Source: Macrostomum hystrix
Taxonomy: Eukaryota; Animalia; Platyhelminthes
Assembly (NCBI GenBank): GCA_950097015.1
Contig: CATNEN010000038.1
Coordinates: 13,392,001-13,456,000, forward strand
Direction of reading: 5' to 3'
DNA length: 64,000 nucleotides
Part shown: positions 25,456-38,442 of the stretch, piece by piece
How the letters are laid out: every line of letters begins with the position of its first letter
Numbering within the stretch: position 1 is the stretch's first letter
The notes under the pieces: model-generated
Databases searched by the model: none
What the model was told of the DNA's origin: nothing
Seen by the model: the letters and a program-made list of their open reading frames with translations, nothing else
Program-made: the position numbers and the translations under genes

Positions 25456-25584
25456 GTTAACTAACTTAAGTCGATGCAAAATAGGTAGGTTTAAAAGACA
25501 GCTGCTTAAATAATATTATATTTTTTCACATTCAACTTCAGAGACTGTCACCCCCGTACAAATTTTGTTGCAAAGAATTGAAAA

Positions 25585-28500
25585 ATGGCAGCTGCCGAAG
25601 CAATTAGAACAGCCGAACATCCTGACTTTGGCAGCAGTGGTCCTGATGACAGCGATGATGGCGCCGCAGTGTTGACGGGCGACAGCGCCGACGAAAGTAG
25701 TAACCAGACCGATTCTGGTGGAGCTGCACCAGCCTCAAATCGACGGAAAATTTACAAGCGCACATCATCTCTAGAGCACAAAGCCTCAGAAGGCTTTAGT
25801 ACCGATTTGAATCAGAGACCTCCCGTTCGACGTCGTATCTTGCGCAAAGACAGGCGAGCAACGCTAGAGATGCTCACCTCAGACGACGATGTGAATGCTT
25901 ACCAGGCGACTCGACCGAGCTCCTACCTAGAGCCAGCTGCACGCCGTAGCCTTCATGAGTCCGCGCCGCACCTTAAATCCTCATTTGAAACTTTGTACAA
26001 TCCAGAGCTAATGCATATGCAAGTTGCGTCTGAGCAAATATCGTCGAGCAGCTCCGAGTCACCCGGAAGTGAAGCCGACAAGACACTTCGCATTGACACT
26101 TGGCAGTTAGCTAGTGGACCAAAGGTTTCGAGCACCTACCTACATACATATGTGCAGAGAAGGCCAGCACTTGGTACGCCTGATCAAACTGATCAAAAGG
26201 ACGAACGTGTGCACAATGGTAGTAAAGTTTACACTCAAAAACTCGAGGTCACTAGTGGCAAGATCTGGACTGAGTTTGGTGGCCAATCGCCGGCAGCGGT
26301 GGATCGCAACTGGGCATCGAATTTACAGAGCGGAGCAATGTCGCAGCCATTGAATCTGAGCATCCGGGTATCCCAACCCAGCCTTCAGGTTAGCAAAGTT
26401 TCGCCAACGCATAGTAACGACTCAGTTGGAGTGGATGTAGAGATTGAGTTGAGCCGCAGTATATCATCGACAGTTGCTAGCACACTACAGTTATCTGCAG
26501 TACAAATGACAGAGACTGGACGGTCTAAAGAGCAGATACAGAGAACGAACTCTGAACTATCAGTTAAACAGCCGTTGCTGCCAGACAAGCCAACAATGCC
26601 GATACGCGGACGTCGCGTCCTTCCGGCAGTGCCAGATTCAGCAGACCTCGAAGTTTCAGACCTACTCAGGGTGGACGCAGTGGCAAAGTCGGAGTCTACC
26701 ACATTAGAAAATAGACCTAAGAGCGCAGTTGAGATTCTAGTGGCGAAAGATCGATGCAGCTCCATTCAGCAGCTCCAGTCCTCTTCAGTGTCACAACAGC
26801 TACGAAGCCTCTTCCACAACCCCAGTCCACACATTATGCTACACCGGGCGGCTACACAGCAGACGCAGCCTCAACCGCCTAGGACAGTCAGAGCTGAAAC
26901 TAGCAGCAGTGTTGAGCTTGGCAAGGGAAATAACAAATACACACCTTTGCGAGCGAGTCATGGATCACATCAGCCTCAGAATATGCAGCAGCTGCCTAAC
27001 GGGCGTCAGTCAGCCTTCGAGATTTTAATGTCTAAGCAAAATTTGATTTCATCGAATCCATTCACGCCAACTCTGCAACAACCACCAGAGATACCTCGGC
27101 GTCAAAACAAGGGCTATTTTTTACCACCCAATCAGAGTTTTCATCAAGAAGCATCATGTACAATTGTTTCGTCTCCCAGTGTCTCTTCAAATGTTTCTAG
27201 TAGTAACTTAGGCGCTCAGATGACATTCCGTCTGTCGGATTCGAAATTTAATTCTGAGCAGTATCAAGCACGTCAGCAACATGCGATCTCTTGTCAGACT
27301 AACAATGTCTTTGGCCACGAGCATTTTGGTCAGCAAGAACTTCTTCGTAGAATACCCATTGACACGCATTTACCCGTGTCAACTGTGTCAACTACGTGCT
27401 CTATCGCAACCGATCCCGTTGAACCAAATCACGCATCATTTAATGCAGTCCCAATGAAAAATATTTTCTCTTCAGTGTCTAATCACACTGTAGCTCAAGC
27501 ACCGCCTCTACCACCGCGACGAGCGAAGCAAGTGGGCCAAGCGCACCCTCAAAGTATTGTATACTCAAGCCAGTCGCAGCATGTCACCGAACAATCAAAC
27601 AAACGCTCTCCACTGAAGACAGAACAGCACCAGGTGGTTCTGAATTATAAATTGAAGGCTCCGGCACATGAAGATACCGCTGGGAGTGGCGAGGACGATA
27701 GCGGCTGCTGCCAGTCTTCAGGCGAGTACCTTTTGGCAAGGGAGACCACGGCTGTAGCAGCTCTCAGCCAAGCGAATCCGACTCGCATTCAGACAAACCC
27801 TCGCACAGGCAGAGCTGGTACGATGCTCGACGCAGATAGACGTCTGCCACCACGAGGCGTGCAACTTCCCCCAAATGCAGTCCGAGTGCTGCCCAGCTCA
27901 GAAAGTGTCAATATAGATGAACTTCGGCGAGTTCTGGCTGTACGGCGCGAGAGAGCAGCCGCAGCGGCGACATTCCATAGCGCCGAAAGAGCAGAGGATG
28001 CGATTGCTGGGCTTGAGCAAATGTGTCGCGAAATGCGTCTGCATGATGATCAACTGCTTGACGGAGCAGAACGGCGCGATACTGCCATTCGAGTCCAGGC
28101 TCGGTTAGATGCCATCCGCAGCTTACAAGGGGAACCAGTACATCATTTGCAACGAATTGCCATTCCAAATTCAATTTTTGGGTCCATGAGTAATCGGTCG
28201 TATATAGCGCAGACGGACTCAAGTCTAAGATTGGAGAGCAGTTCCGCGGCCGTAACTGCACCCAGAACCGATTCTGTTTTGCACTTGAGCGGTTCTAAGC
28301 AGTCGAACCTGCAGTTCCAAAGGTATTTTTCTTAGAAAAAATATATATGTAACCTTGTGCATTCTATGTCTTGAGTCTTGTGCTGATGATTGCACACTTA
28401 TCTCGTACTCAGTCAGAACTAGAAAGTAACTAGCTGCCTTCGCTACCCTCTGGGTAGCCTCACTGGAGTTCTTATCAGTGCGTTATCAAAATTGGCTCCG

Positions 28501-30643
28501 ATGCAATCATTAAAATTGGCACTGGAGGCCTCACTGTGCACAAGCTGAAAACAAGAATGCATTAGAAAAGCCTATTTAAAACAGTTTTTCGAATATTTAA
28601 TCCCCTTGGCAATGAAATTAAGCTTAATAAAAATACGTGTACCGATTCCGGCCCATTTGTGATCTTTTGGCGAAGGAATTGTGAAAATCGGTTAAGCCGT
28701 TCGGGAGCTAGTCGATTGCAAACATACAAGCAAGCAAGCAAGATTTTCATTTTTAGTATATTAGACTAGCTGCCTTCGCTACCCTCTGGGTAGCCTCACT
28801 GGAGTTCTTATCAGTTCGTTATCAAAACTGGCTCTGATGCAATCATTAAAATTGGCACTGGAGCCTCACTGCGCACAAGCTGAAAACAAGAATGCATTAG
28901 AAAAGCCTATTTAAAACTGTTTTTCGAATATTTAATCCCCTTGGCAATGGAATTAAGCTTAATAAAAATACGTGTACCGATTCCGGCCCATTTGTGATCT
29001 TTTGGCGAAGGAATTTTGAAAATCGGTTGAGCCGTTCGGGAGCTAGTCGATTGCAAACATACAAGCAAGCAAGCAAGCAAGATTTTCATTTTTAGTATAT
29101 TAGACTAGCTGCCTTCGCTACCCTCTGGGTAGCCTCCCTGTGAGTTCTTATCAGTTCGTTATCAAAACTGGCTCTGATGCAATCATTAAAATTGGCACTG
29201 GAGCCTCACTGTGCACAAGCTGAAAACAAGAATGCATTAGAAAAGCCTATTTAAAACTGTTTTTCGAATATTTAATCCCCTTGGCAATGGAATTAAGCTT
29301 AATAAAAATACGTGTACCGATTCCGGCCTATTTGTGATATTTTGGCGAAGGAATTGTGAAAATCGGTTGAGCCGTTCGGGAGCTAGTCGATTGCAAACAT
29401 ACAAGCAAGCAAGCAAGATTTTCATTTTTAGTATATTACTAGCTGCCTTCGCTACCCTCTGGGTAGCCTCCCTGTGAGTTCTTATCAGTACGCGCGTGCG
29501 TTATCAAAACTGGCTCTGATGCAATCATTAAAATTGGCACTGGAGCCTCACTGTGCACAAGCTGAAAACAAGAATGCATTAGAAAAGCCTATTTAAAACA
29601 GTTTTTCGAATATTTAATCCCCTTGGCAATGGAATTAAGCTTAATAAAATTACGTGTACCGATTCCGGCCCATTTGCGATCTTTTAGTGAAAGAATTTTG
29701 AAAATCGGTTGAGCCGTTCGGGAGCTAGTCGATTGCAAACATACAAACATACAAACAAGATTTTCATTTTTAGTATATTAGACTAGCTGCCTTCGCTACC
29801 CTCTGGGTAGCCTCCCTGTGAGTTCTTATCAGTTCGTTATCAAAACTGGCTCTGATGCAATCATTAAAATTGGCACTGGAGGCCTCACTGTGCACAAGCT
29901 GAAAACAAGAATGCATTAGAAAAGCCTATTTAAAACTGTTTTTCGAATATTTAATCCCCTTGGCAATGGAATTAAGCTTAATAAAATTACGTGTACCGAT
30001 TCGGGCCCATTTGTGATCTTTTGGCGAAGGAATTGTGAAAATCGGTTAAGCCGTTCGGGAGCTAGTCGATTGCAAACATACAAGCAAGATTTTCATTTTT
30101 AGTATATAAGACTAGCTGCCCTTCGCTACCCTCTGGGTAGCCTACCTTGAGTTCTTATCAGTGCGTTATCAAAACTGGCTCTGATGCAATCATTAAAATT
30201 GGCACTGGAGCCTCACTGTGCACAAGCTGAAAACAAGAATGCATTAGAAAAGCCTATTTAAAACTGTTTTTCGAATATTTAATCCCCTTGGCAATGGAAT
30301 TAAGCTTAATAAAAATACGTGTACCGATTCCAGCCCAATTGCGATCTTTTGGCGAAGGAATTGTGAAAATCGGTTGAGCCGTTCGGGAGCTAGTCGATTG
30401 CAAGCAAGCAAGATTTTCATTTTTAGTATATTAGATTTTTATAACACAAGCTTAATAATGACACAAATAAAAATAGAGTTTGGAGTGCAAGCATATCTGG
30501 AAAACACGGGATTGAACCCTCTCAAGCTAGTCCCTATACTAAAATTCAAAACTATCTATATTGAACTAAATTTCGTTTTTTTCAGCACGGAACGCACATT
30601 GCTGCCGGGCGAGGAAGAGTCGGGTCCTGAGATCATTCTCTGA
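25585..30643 (+). CDS. Large uncharacterised low-complexity (Ser/Gln/Pro) protein, about 931 aa, 2 coding exons
   Basis: 2.7-kb open exon 25585-28322 with donor AG|GTATTT (phase 2) joins acceptor TTTTTTCAG|C at 30586, adding STERTLLPGEEESGPEIIL*. ATG context is AAAAATG. Confidence 0.7.
28430..30435 (-). mobile_element. Tandem array of six ~335-bp non-autonomous Helitrons
   Basis: On the minus strand each unit runs 5'-TC...(CTTG/TTTG)n...AACGGCTCAACCGATTTT...hairpin GCTACCC-AGA-GGGTAGC...CTAG-3'. The array sits at an A|T site with no TSD. Plus-strand unit starts: 28430, 28766, 29105, 29439, 29783, 30112. Confidence 0.85.
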
Positions 30644-31759
30644 GCGTCATTACTGAGGACATTACGTACTGTAACTGAATCTATTGACGTTTTTAGATGT
30701 CTAAAAGTTCATAAAAGCGTGCTCATTATATACAGTCAGTTTGTTATCATTCTACTTACCCTGGTGTACTTAGCCAGTTTCGCTTCACTCGTGTCAGACT
30801 TTCAATATTACTTTACAATCATTTTGAGCACTAACGAACTTTGTTTTATGGCCCTTCTATACGCTTCTATAAACGGAGTACTATCAGTATATATATGTGC
30901 GAGAGGTCATTTCAATTTTGATCTTTGTTCCGATTTTGTCCGAAACGCAAGATGTAAATCATTTTGGAAAGGCAATTATTTTATTACCTATCGCAAATAG
31001 CAAATTTCAGTTTATTATTAGTGTTCTTGTTATAGAATTATACAAAGTGTATGTAAACTAGTTGATTTATTAATGTACAAAATAAAACTATGAAATGCAG
31101 CGCACTCTCCAAAATCTTGCTATAGCATTTTATTTTTTACGATCAACTTTATTAACCACACAAAAGGACATTTCGAAATTTTGGGTAGACTGAATTTAAG
31201 GAGAAAATTCGTGCTGGATCAAGCAATTAATCTTACCATGCCACTGTATCGAAGTATCTGCAGAATGCAGAATGCGATATTACCAGATAAATATAGATTT
31301 AACCACAAAAAATAAATGGTCTACTCAAGCAATTAGTCTATTCAAAATTTCAAACTACGAGTATTAGCATGTACCTATTTACAACTATTTATATTAACAG
31401 CCGATTTAGCAGTGTGAAAAATTAAATCTATGAAATATAATATAATACGAGTACTTGTGGAACAGCCCAATTGAAGAGTCTTTTGCCATTATTAGCACAT
31501 ATCAGTCATAAATTGATGTAATACCAAACGCTCGTACGAGCGTACATAAAAATATACGAGCTAGTATGCAGCTAAATGCATTAAAATCACGTATAAAAAC
31601 TTCATTCTAACTCAGCCCCTTGCAAATTAAATGGCTTTCGACCTGGCAATGACGGAGTTACAAATGTGCGACCCGTAAAGATCCTGTACACTCGTTATAT
31701 ACAACGACAACACAACGAAATACGCTGTCGAGATAGAAAAGGGCAGTGTCACAGGGCGC

Positions 31760-32330
31760 GCTTCAGAGCCTGGGCGCCAACAAAGGCCGCACCGCCGGCA
31801 GAGCCCGGGGCGCCAGCGTCAGCCAGCTGGTAATCGACGAAACGCCGAGTTCGGGCGTAACCACGCGGTAGCTAGGATGCATACAGCGTAAGTAGCACCT
31901 CCATCGCTGTGGGCAGTAGGACTCGGCGCTGATGATGTGGCCTGTAATGCAGCTTGAGTCGCCGATGGCGCGGCAGTTCACTTCGACGGGTCAGGCCGGC
32001 GCGTAAATATAAGAGTGCTGCGTTAGTGACTCACTCGTCAACGATCTTAAAGACGGTGTGCAGCAGACGTGTGCCACGTTTACTTGCTGTTTGAGCGAGT
32101 CCGTCAGCGTCCAGGTCTCTGCGTTGTACAGCAGGACGGTCTCGACCACTGCCTGGAACAGCGCCGCCCTCTGGCGATCAGGTATGACTTGGGACTGCAA
32201 GACCGCCCTGACAGAACGAAATTGGCAGACCAGGCAAGTGCGCACCGACCCCACAGATCTTCGCATACGTCAGATACCAGACCACCCAGGTAGACAAACT
32301 GCTGACAGCGCAGAAGCTCCGTTGCCTGCC
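31760..32330 (-). mobile_element. Degenerate non-LTR retrotransposon (RTE-like) 3' fragment
   Basis: Translation RAVLQSQVIPDRQRAALFQAVVETVLLYNAETWTLT is typical of the post-RT region of RTE-clade LINEs; the frame is disrupted. Confidence 0.75.
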
Positions 32331-33869
32331 CGTCAGCGCCTCGGCAGAAAATTGCGGCCTCGATCTAGCGCTGCGATGGACGTGATTCGGCGGACGAAAG
32401 AGCGGATCGCGTAGCTCGAGGTCGCAGACGAGAAGCCGATGATCGGACCACAGAGCCAGCGGCGCTGCCAGTTCCTGGAGCTGTCAGTACCAGTATAAGT
32501 TGAGTGCAGCATGAACTGGCTCTCCTGCGCTCCTCTTTGCTGCTCACGCACCAAGGATGTACTCATGGCCGGATCAGCGGTGCAGCAGATCCAGAGCACA
32601 GCGTCACAAAACTGCAGGGTGTATCCGACTGCTGCTTCAGTCAACAATGTGCCAATACCTTCTTTTCACTCTGCATGGTCGTCTAGATTGGCTGCAAAAA
32701 CGCCTGTTTCTTGGACCGCATGCACGGGACTGTCCAGCAGCTATTTAAAGTTGGAGATTACACCAGCAAGACGTCAAGGATCGGCGACTGATCATGAACC
32801 CTAGCAATTTGGTTCTTCAGTAAGTTCCTCTGCTAGTTGGCATGTTGGCTAGCTGGAAAGATAGCGCAATAAGCAATTAAGCGGCTGCAGAATACACGCG
32901 CACTTTATATTATATAGCTATACTGTGAATTATAGTGGTCCAATGGTTACCCGCGCACCAATATATATATTCCACATAGACGCAATTGAGGCGCTGATGC
33001 TGCACACAAGAGCGGATTTCTTTCCACTAAATTTCTCGATCCCTCTCTTAATAACCTTTTTTAAATAAATAAATATATATATAAATATATATTTTTGAAA
33101 ATAAATCAGTCATAATTGCCTGCTACGTGCATACATCTAGCACGAATACCAAATTCATTTTGGTAATTCATTCATTCAAAGAAATAAGCTCATTTCTTTT
33201 GCTTTTCTGTTCTCTTGTTCTCTCGCTTTGGTTGTTGATGATTGCAGCAAAAATGGTGAGTGTAAATTTATTTGACTTTATTTCGCTTTTTACATAGCAA
33301 TTTTTTGCATGTTTCCAGACTTTTTGCACCATTTGATGAGATTTCTATAAGCGTAATTATTGTCACGTATTGCAAATTTGCAATCGCTTTCTTACTGCAA
33401 GAATCATATCAACTCTTTAACAGTCGCTATTCATGTGATCACGATAACGTAACCCTACGAAATTTGTGATAAATGGTAAGTTTGCTTAAATGAAAGAACT
33501 TCTATGAAAAGCACATTTAAGTCGTGACGTCACAGTGCTGCTTGTTTGGGCTTAGATTTTTGTATGTTATGTATGTTCTTTTTATATACTTAGAAAATAC
33601 TTAAAAACCATGACGCACTTTAGGTCTTAGGAGAAAGAGAAATTCGCATTACCATATTTTTTAAATAGACCTACTAACATATTTCGTAACTGGGAGTAGT
33701 GTTACTCCATAAAAATTCATGATTTTGTTTCATTGATTCCTAAAGATGACAACCATGAAAGGAAAATATGAAAGCTTTAATTTATAGATAGATTTTACCC
33801 AATATGTTTTACTGCTGTATAGAGCTCCATGTGCTATTTATATGTGTATGATAGGCCTACAGTAGTAAC

Positions 33870-34336
33870 GGTCCCATGTCATTTTGGTGACAAGTCATTT
33901 CGGTGACAACTCAAGTCATTTTGCAGTGACACAATTGGTCAGATTGGTGACAACTATTTTTGCACCTAAATATGCTAAAACAGACTTCCATTTTAACTAG
34001 GCCCCCTATGCACACTTATAAAGTATTAATTAAATAATGCTATAAGTATTAATAAGAAGCTGCATCGCTCTGATTAAGTCTGGGTTTTACTTTAAATGAG
34101 TTAAATTATTAAATTATTTAATGAGTAGGCCTAGTTAATAGTTTCAATAGTTATTCGTTCCTGACCTAATTAAATGTGTATAAAAATCATTTTTCAAGTT
34201 TTGGATTGACAAGGCAAGTGCAGGCTTTAAGCAGCTGCTGGATCGTGGAAGGCTGTTTTCTCAGCATAGGCCTATTTAGGTGCAAAAATAGTTGTCACCG
34301 AACTGACCAATTCTGTCACTGAAATGACCTGGGACT
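33870..34336. mobile_element. MITE with long imperfect TIRs and 8-bp TSD
   Basis: GTAGTAAC direct repeat at 33862-33869 and 34337-34344. Termini GGTCCCATGTCATTT / AAATGACCTGGGACT. Internal inverted block GGTGACAACTATTTTTGCACCTAAATA. Confidence 0.75.
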
Positions 34337-34499
34337 GTAGTAACTAGTTTGAGTCATATTCTCCTATGTTATACATGCCAAATTAGGCCTAGTTGTAAAC
34401 ATTTTAGCTCACAAACTCATATCTTTATTTGTTTGTTTCTTAATTATGCTTATCACAACTTAGGCCCCTATAAATTGTTTAGTAATGAGAACTTTTTAA

Positions 34500-35145
34500 T
34501 AGGGTAATGTATCATCAACCAAACAAGAATATGTATTTTTTTAACTTCAAACCTAAGCTACAGATTTTCTATTTAAGATATCATGATAAATCAAAAGCTA
34601 AGTGATAGAAAACAGTTATATCTTTCTAAAAAGTATATGCTTTTGCTTTTTTGTCAAATAGAAAAAAGTTATTTGTGTTTTTCATCTAAAACCGAACAAT
34701 GATTTTCATGTATCTTCAAACCAAACAGAGAATTTGATGTTCGGTTTTATAATTTGAGTGAGTGGTTTAATCTTATTTTAAGGAGTGAACTATCATGAAA
34801 ATTATGTAATTTGAAAGCATTTTTCATGCTCTATAAATAACTACATTTATGGTCATTTAATTGGCAAGCAACCACATACAATTTTTGTCTAAAGTACATA
34901 CTGAAAAAATGTTATTAAAATTATGCTTTTGAGATAAAAAATTTAGTGAAACATCAATATCTTTCTTTCCTCTTAATGCTTCATTACATGTCATGCCTCA
35001 GCTTGTAGATTATTTCTTCGACTTTCAAATTTGTTGTTCTGTAAAACAGAATAGCTTGTTTCTGTCTCGCACAAGACCAAAGAAGGAGTCAAAATTCTTG
35101 TTTGGTTTTGAAGATACACTGTTCAGTTGATGATACATTACCCTA
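34500..35145. mobile_element. MITE with 20-bp terminal inverted repeat
   Basis: TAGGGTAATGTATCATCAAC (34500-34519) and GTTGATGATACATTACCCTA (35126-35145). Confidence 0.65.
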
Positions 35146-38100
35146 CACCTTCAAGCCCATATTGTTGTTATTGTACCTAATTTTGAAGTGCCAATTGCTA
35201 CCTCTATGTAGTCAATTAAGTGCATTTTATTAAAAAATCAAAAGACCAAATAGTTTTAATAAAAAAATTTAATGTCTTATTAGGCCTAATGTACTTAGCT
35301 AACTTAAACTAAGTTTTAAAAGTTAGGCCTATTTATTTTTTTACTCAAAAAATTACTATCCAGGCCTACATATGCCACTAGGCCCTATGGATTGTTGAAT
35401 GTTGGGTACGTACCATAATGACAAAATATCAATATGTTAGTTACAGAACTTACAATTATTATTTTTTTTTCAGCAGTTTAGAACAAAAAATGATTAGGAA
35501 CATTGTCTAGATTATATAACTGTAATAATGCCAGAATTTTCTTACATGGATTTTTTTGGGGCAGACATGCATTGCCTATATCACTATATATTCCAAGGGT
35601 TAGTTTGTACTATTGCATGCATGGCATACATACATGCCTTTAAAAAGAGATCAAATGTGTTAACATATATATTATTATCAATATTATATAGTCATGAATC
35701 ATACAATAAAATAGTATATAACTGGTAAAAACTATAATAACATACTTCAATGCACAATATACATTAAGAGCAACATACTTGGCATGACTAAAATAAAATG
35801 TTCTGTCAGTTGTCTAAATATTTATAATATTTGTAAATTAGAGTATGAATACTTATAATAATTTGTGTTTTCTTGCTTTTAGTAAAGTATAATATGAAAA
35901 CAACTTTGTCTTTTTAAAACAAAACATAAAATACATATTTAATAAATTACAATTACCACTTTTGTTATGATGTACATGTTTTTGCATACCATGTTGGCAT
36001 GTACTCTGGCATCCAAATCTGATTTTCCCTATTTTCTTTCTGTGGTGCACCCATTTTGATCTGGGCTATGGGATTAGGTTAGAGCCTGATAGGCCTACTA
36101 ACAGAACACTTTGTTTTAGTCAAGCAAAGACAAAGTTTGAGTCATACATTTTGTCATACAAAGACAAAGGTATTGCAATTAGATTGGTATGCTATCCATA
36201 GTTAGGAAAAGATAGTAAAATTGTGTTTCAGGGGTTGGTGGCAAAGCAGTTAATGTGATTTCCTCTTGCACCATGGTCCCTAAGTTCAATTCCATTGCAA
36301 GGCCACATTTCTTTGGGGCACAGCTGTAGAGGGAAGGCTTGGGGGATTGTTGTGTAATTGACACCATTGAGTGCCAACCTCCAAGGCACAGTGAAGTGTG
36401 CACTGCTTGACAATCAGAAAGTCAGGGCAGATGCAGATACCTGTGTGAGCATATGCCTGCTTACTCACACAGGAATCAGCAAAATGGACAGAATTGCCTC
36501 CTTGCTAGCTGTGGGTCTAGTGTCACTAAATGATTAACCATTGCCTACGGCCCTCCTGCAATTATTCTTATTATTAAAATGGGGTTGTAGGCCAAATTTG
36601 GTGTGTGAGCTCAGCATGATCAACTGGTTGTTTTGGCCATAATCATTTTCAGCCATAACCATTTTGGCCTCAAGCCAGTTAAGCCAATTTGTAAAATAAT
36701 AGAGGATGTTATGAGAGTTAATATTTTATTTTTCAATTTAGCAGTACTGAGACAGTGACACAGAATGAATTTATTATTTTCATATTTTGTAACAATGTTA
36801 TAACCAGCTGAGTTAGGGTGCTGAATTTTTATATTAATGCTTTTTGCTTCTCTGACTGGCAGTAAACATAATTTTTAAAGAGAGCAATAACTTATAACAT
36901 TTTTTATTTAGTGTGTTGTAGAGTATAAATTCTTATTAACAAACTTTCTTATGCACATATATTAAAAAAATAAAAAACTTACAATTAATATTTAAAATGA
37001 ATCATCCAAAAAAATTCTATAATGTTTGGCATGCAATTCCCCTGCTACAGCAATATTTTTTTCTGCATTCATTTAATCTTCAATATTTTTTGGGAATGCA
37101 CTCAGCATCATCTGGGCTATGGACTGTTATACTTTAACCTAAAAATGAAGGTTTTATACTGCTTTTGCTATTTAATTCTACAATTCACAGCTATTGGGTA
37201 TAAATAGCATATCTCAACATCAAATATAATTTCATACATTTTATTTTTAAACAACAGTGATAGTATACATGCCATGGTAATCACCAACCCCTTGAAAAAT
37301 ACTCTGATGCATACCATGCACTCTGGCCAAAGGCAAATGCATCACAAAATTTTCTGATGTGCATGACATGATCTTGACTATGGAACCCTAGGCCTACCAC
37401 CAAAGCCTTGGTAGCAATAATCTTGGTAAGTATGTTAAGTGTTGTAAAGCTCTTTATTGTAATTTTATAAATGTATTAGCATTGAAATTAGGATTGCTTG
37501 AAGCCAAAAAGACAACAATGCTACTTTGCTTTAGCCTCTTAGAAGTTTTAGCCACTGATGCAATGCCTAGTGCCTACAGAAGTAATCTGAATCATTTGCT
37601 ATTGTTTTTTTGTTTTGATATGATAGACAACATGACAAAAGGATCACAACCAAAGGAAGAAATAAAGTTCGAACTTTTTAAAAAATGATTACAGTTGTAT
37701 TTTTGTATTTTGCATGATATATTATAACAAATTATAAGTTTTGTATCTTAATAATTGTGCTTGTTATGCGATTAAAAAGATTTTGGGGAGTTTTTTAGGC
37801 TAGCAATTTCCCAGTGTCTTTTCATGCCAGTAAATTAATATAAATTCTGTAATCTGTAATGAAAAATATGGCTCCAAAAGTGCAGCTTCTGTCATTTGCT
37901 GTAACCCTAACTGTTATGAGAGCTGAACACTATTAACAACAGAGAATCAGATATTTATCAACTAATGTAGAGTCTAATAGTCTATACTATAGCATATAGA
38001 CACAATATAGACAATAAGATATTGTATAGCATAGTCATCAATAATAGTAATGACTATTTATTAGTTGCTTTATCCTTAATTCTTTTCTTAATATAATAGT

Positions 38101-38442
38101 AGAAATAGATAATAAATTATTAACAATTACATTGAATAACTAGGTTGTTGCAGACTTGGAGTTAAAACAGAAGTTCAAGCTGTTTAAGCTATTTAAAGAA
38201 TACAAATAATCTAATCCAATCTAATAAATTGAAATTACAGCCCATGCCACACCTATCCATGTAAAAATATATTTTTAGCTGCATCAGCTTAGGACACCTT
38301 TAGTCTGATGGAAATATAGTTTTTTACAGTTGTGTTCTACATTTAGAACACTAATTTTACATGTTATTCATTAAATGAAATGACTAGATAATCGACACTA
38401 ACTGAAATTCTATGTAATAGAATAAACTACTTATTTACAGCA

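Noticed and set aside
28562-29425. Repeated ~62-aa ORFs (MKILLACL...)
   Set aside because: By-products of the non-coding Helitron units; the frames vary with microsatellite length.
31835-31862. Hammerhead-ribozyme-like GAAAC-GCC...GGCGTA stem
   Set aside because: No correctly placed CTGANGA core, and it lies within the RTE coding remnant.
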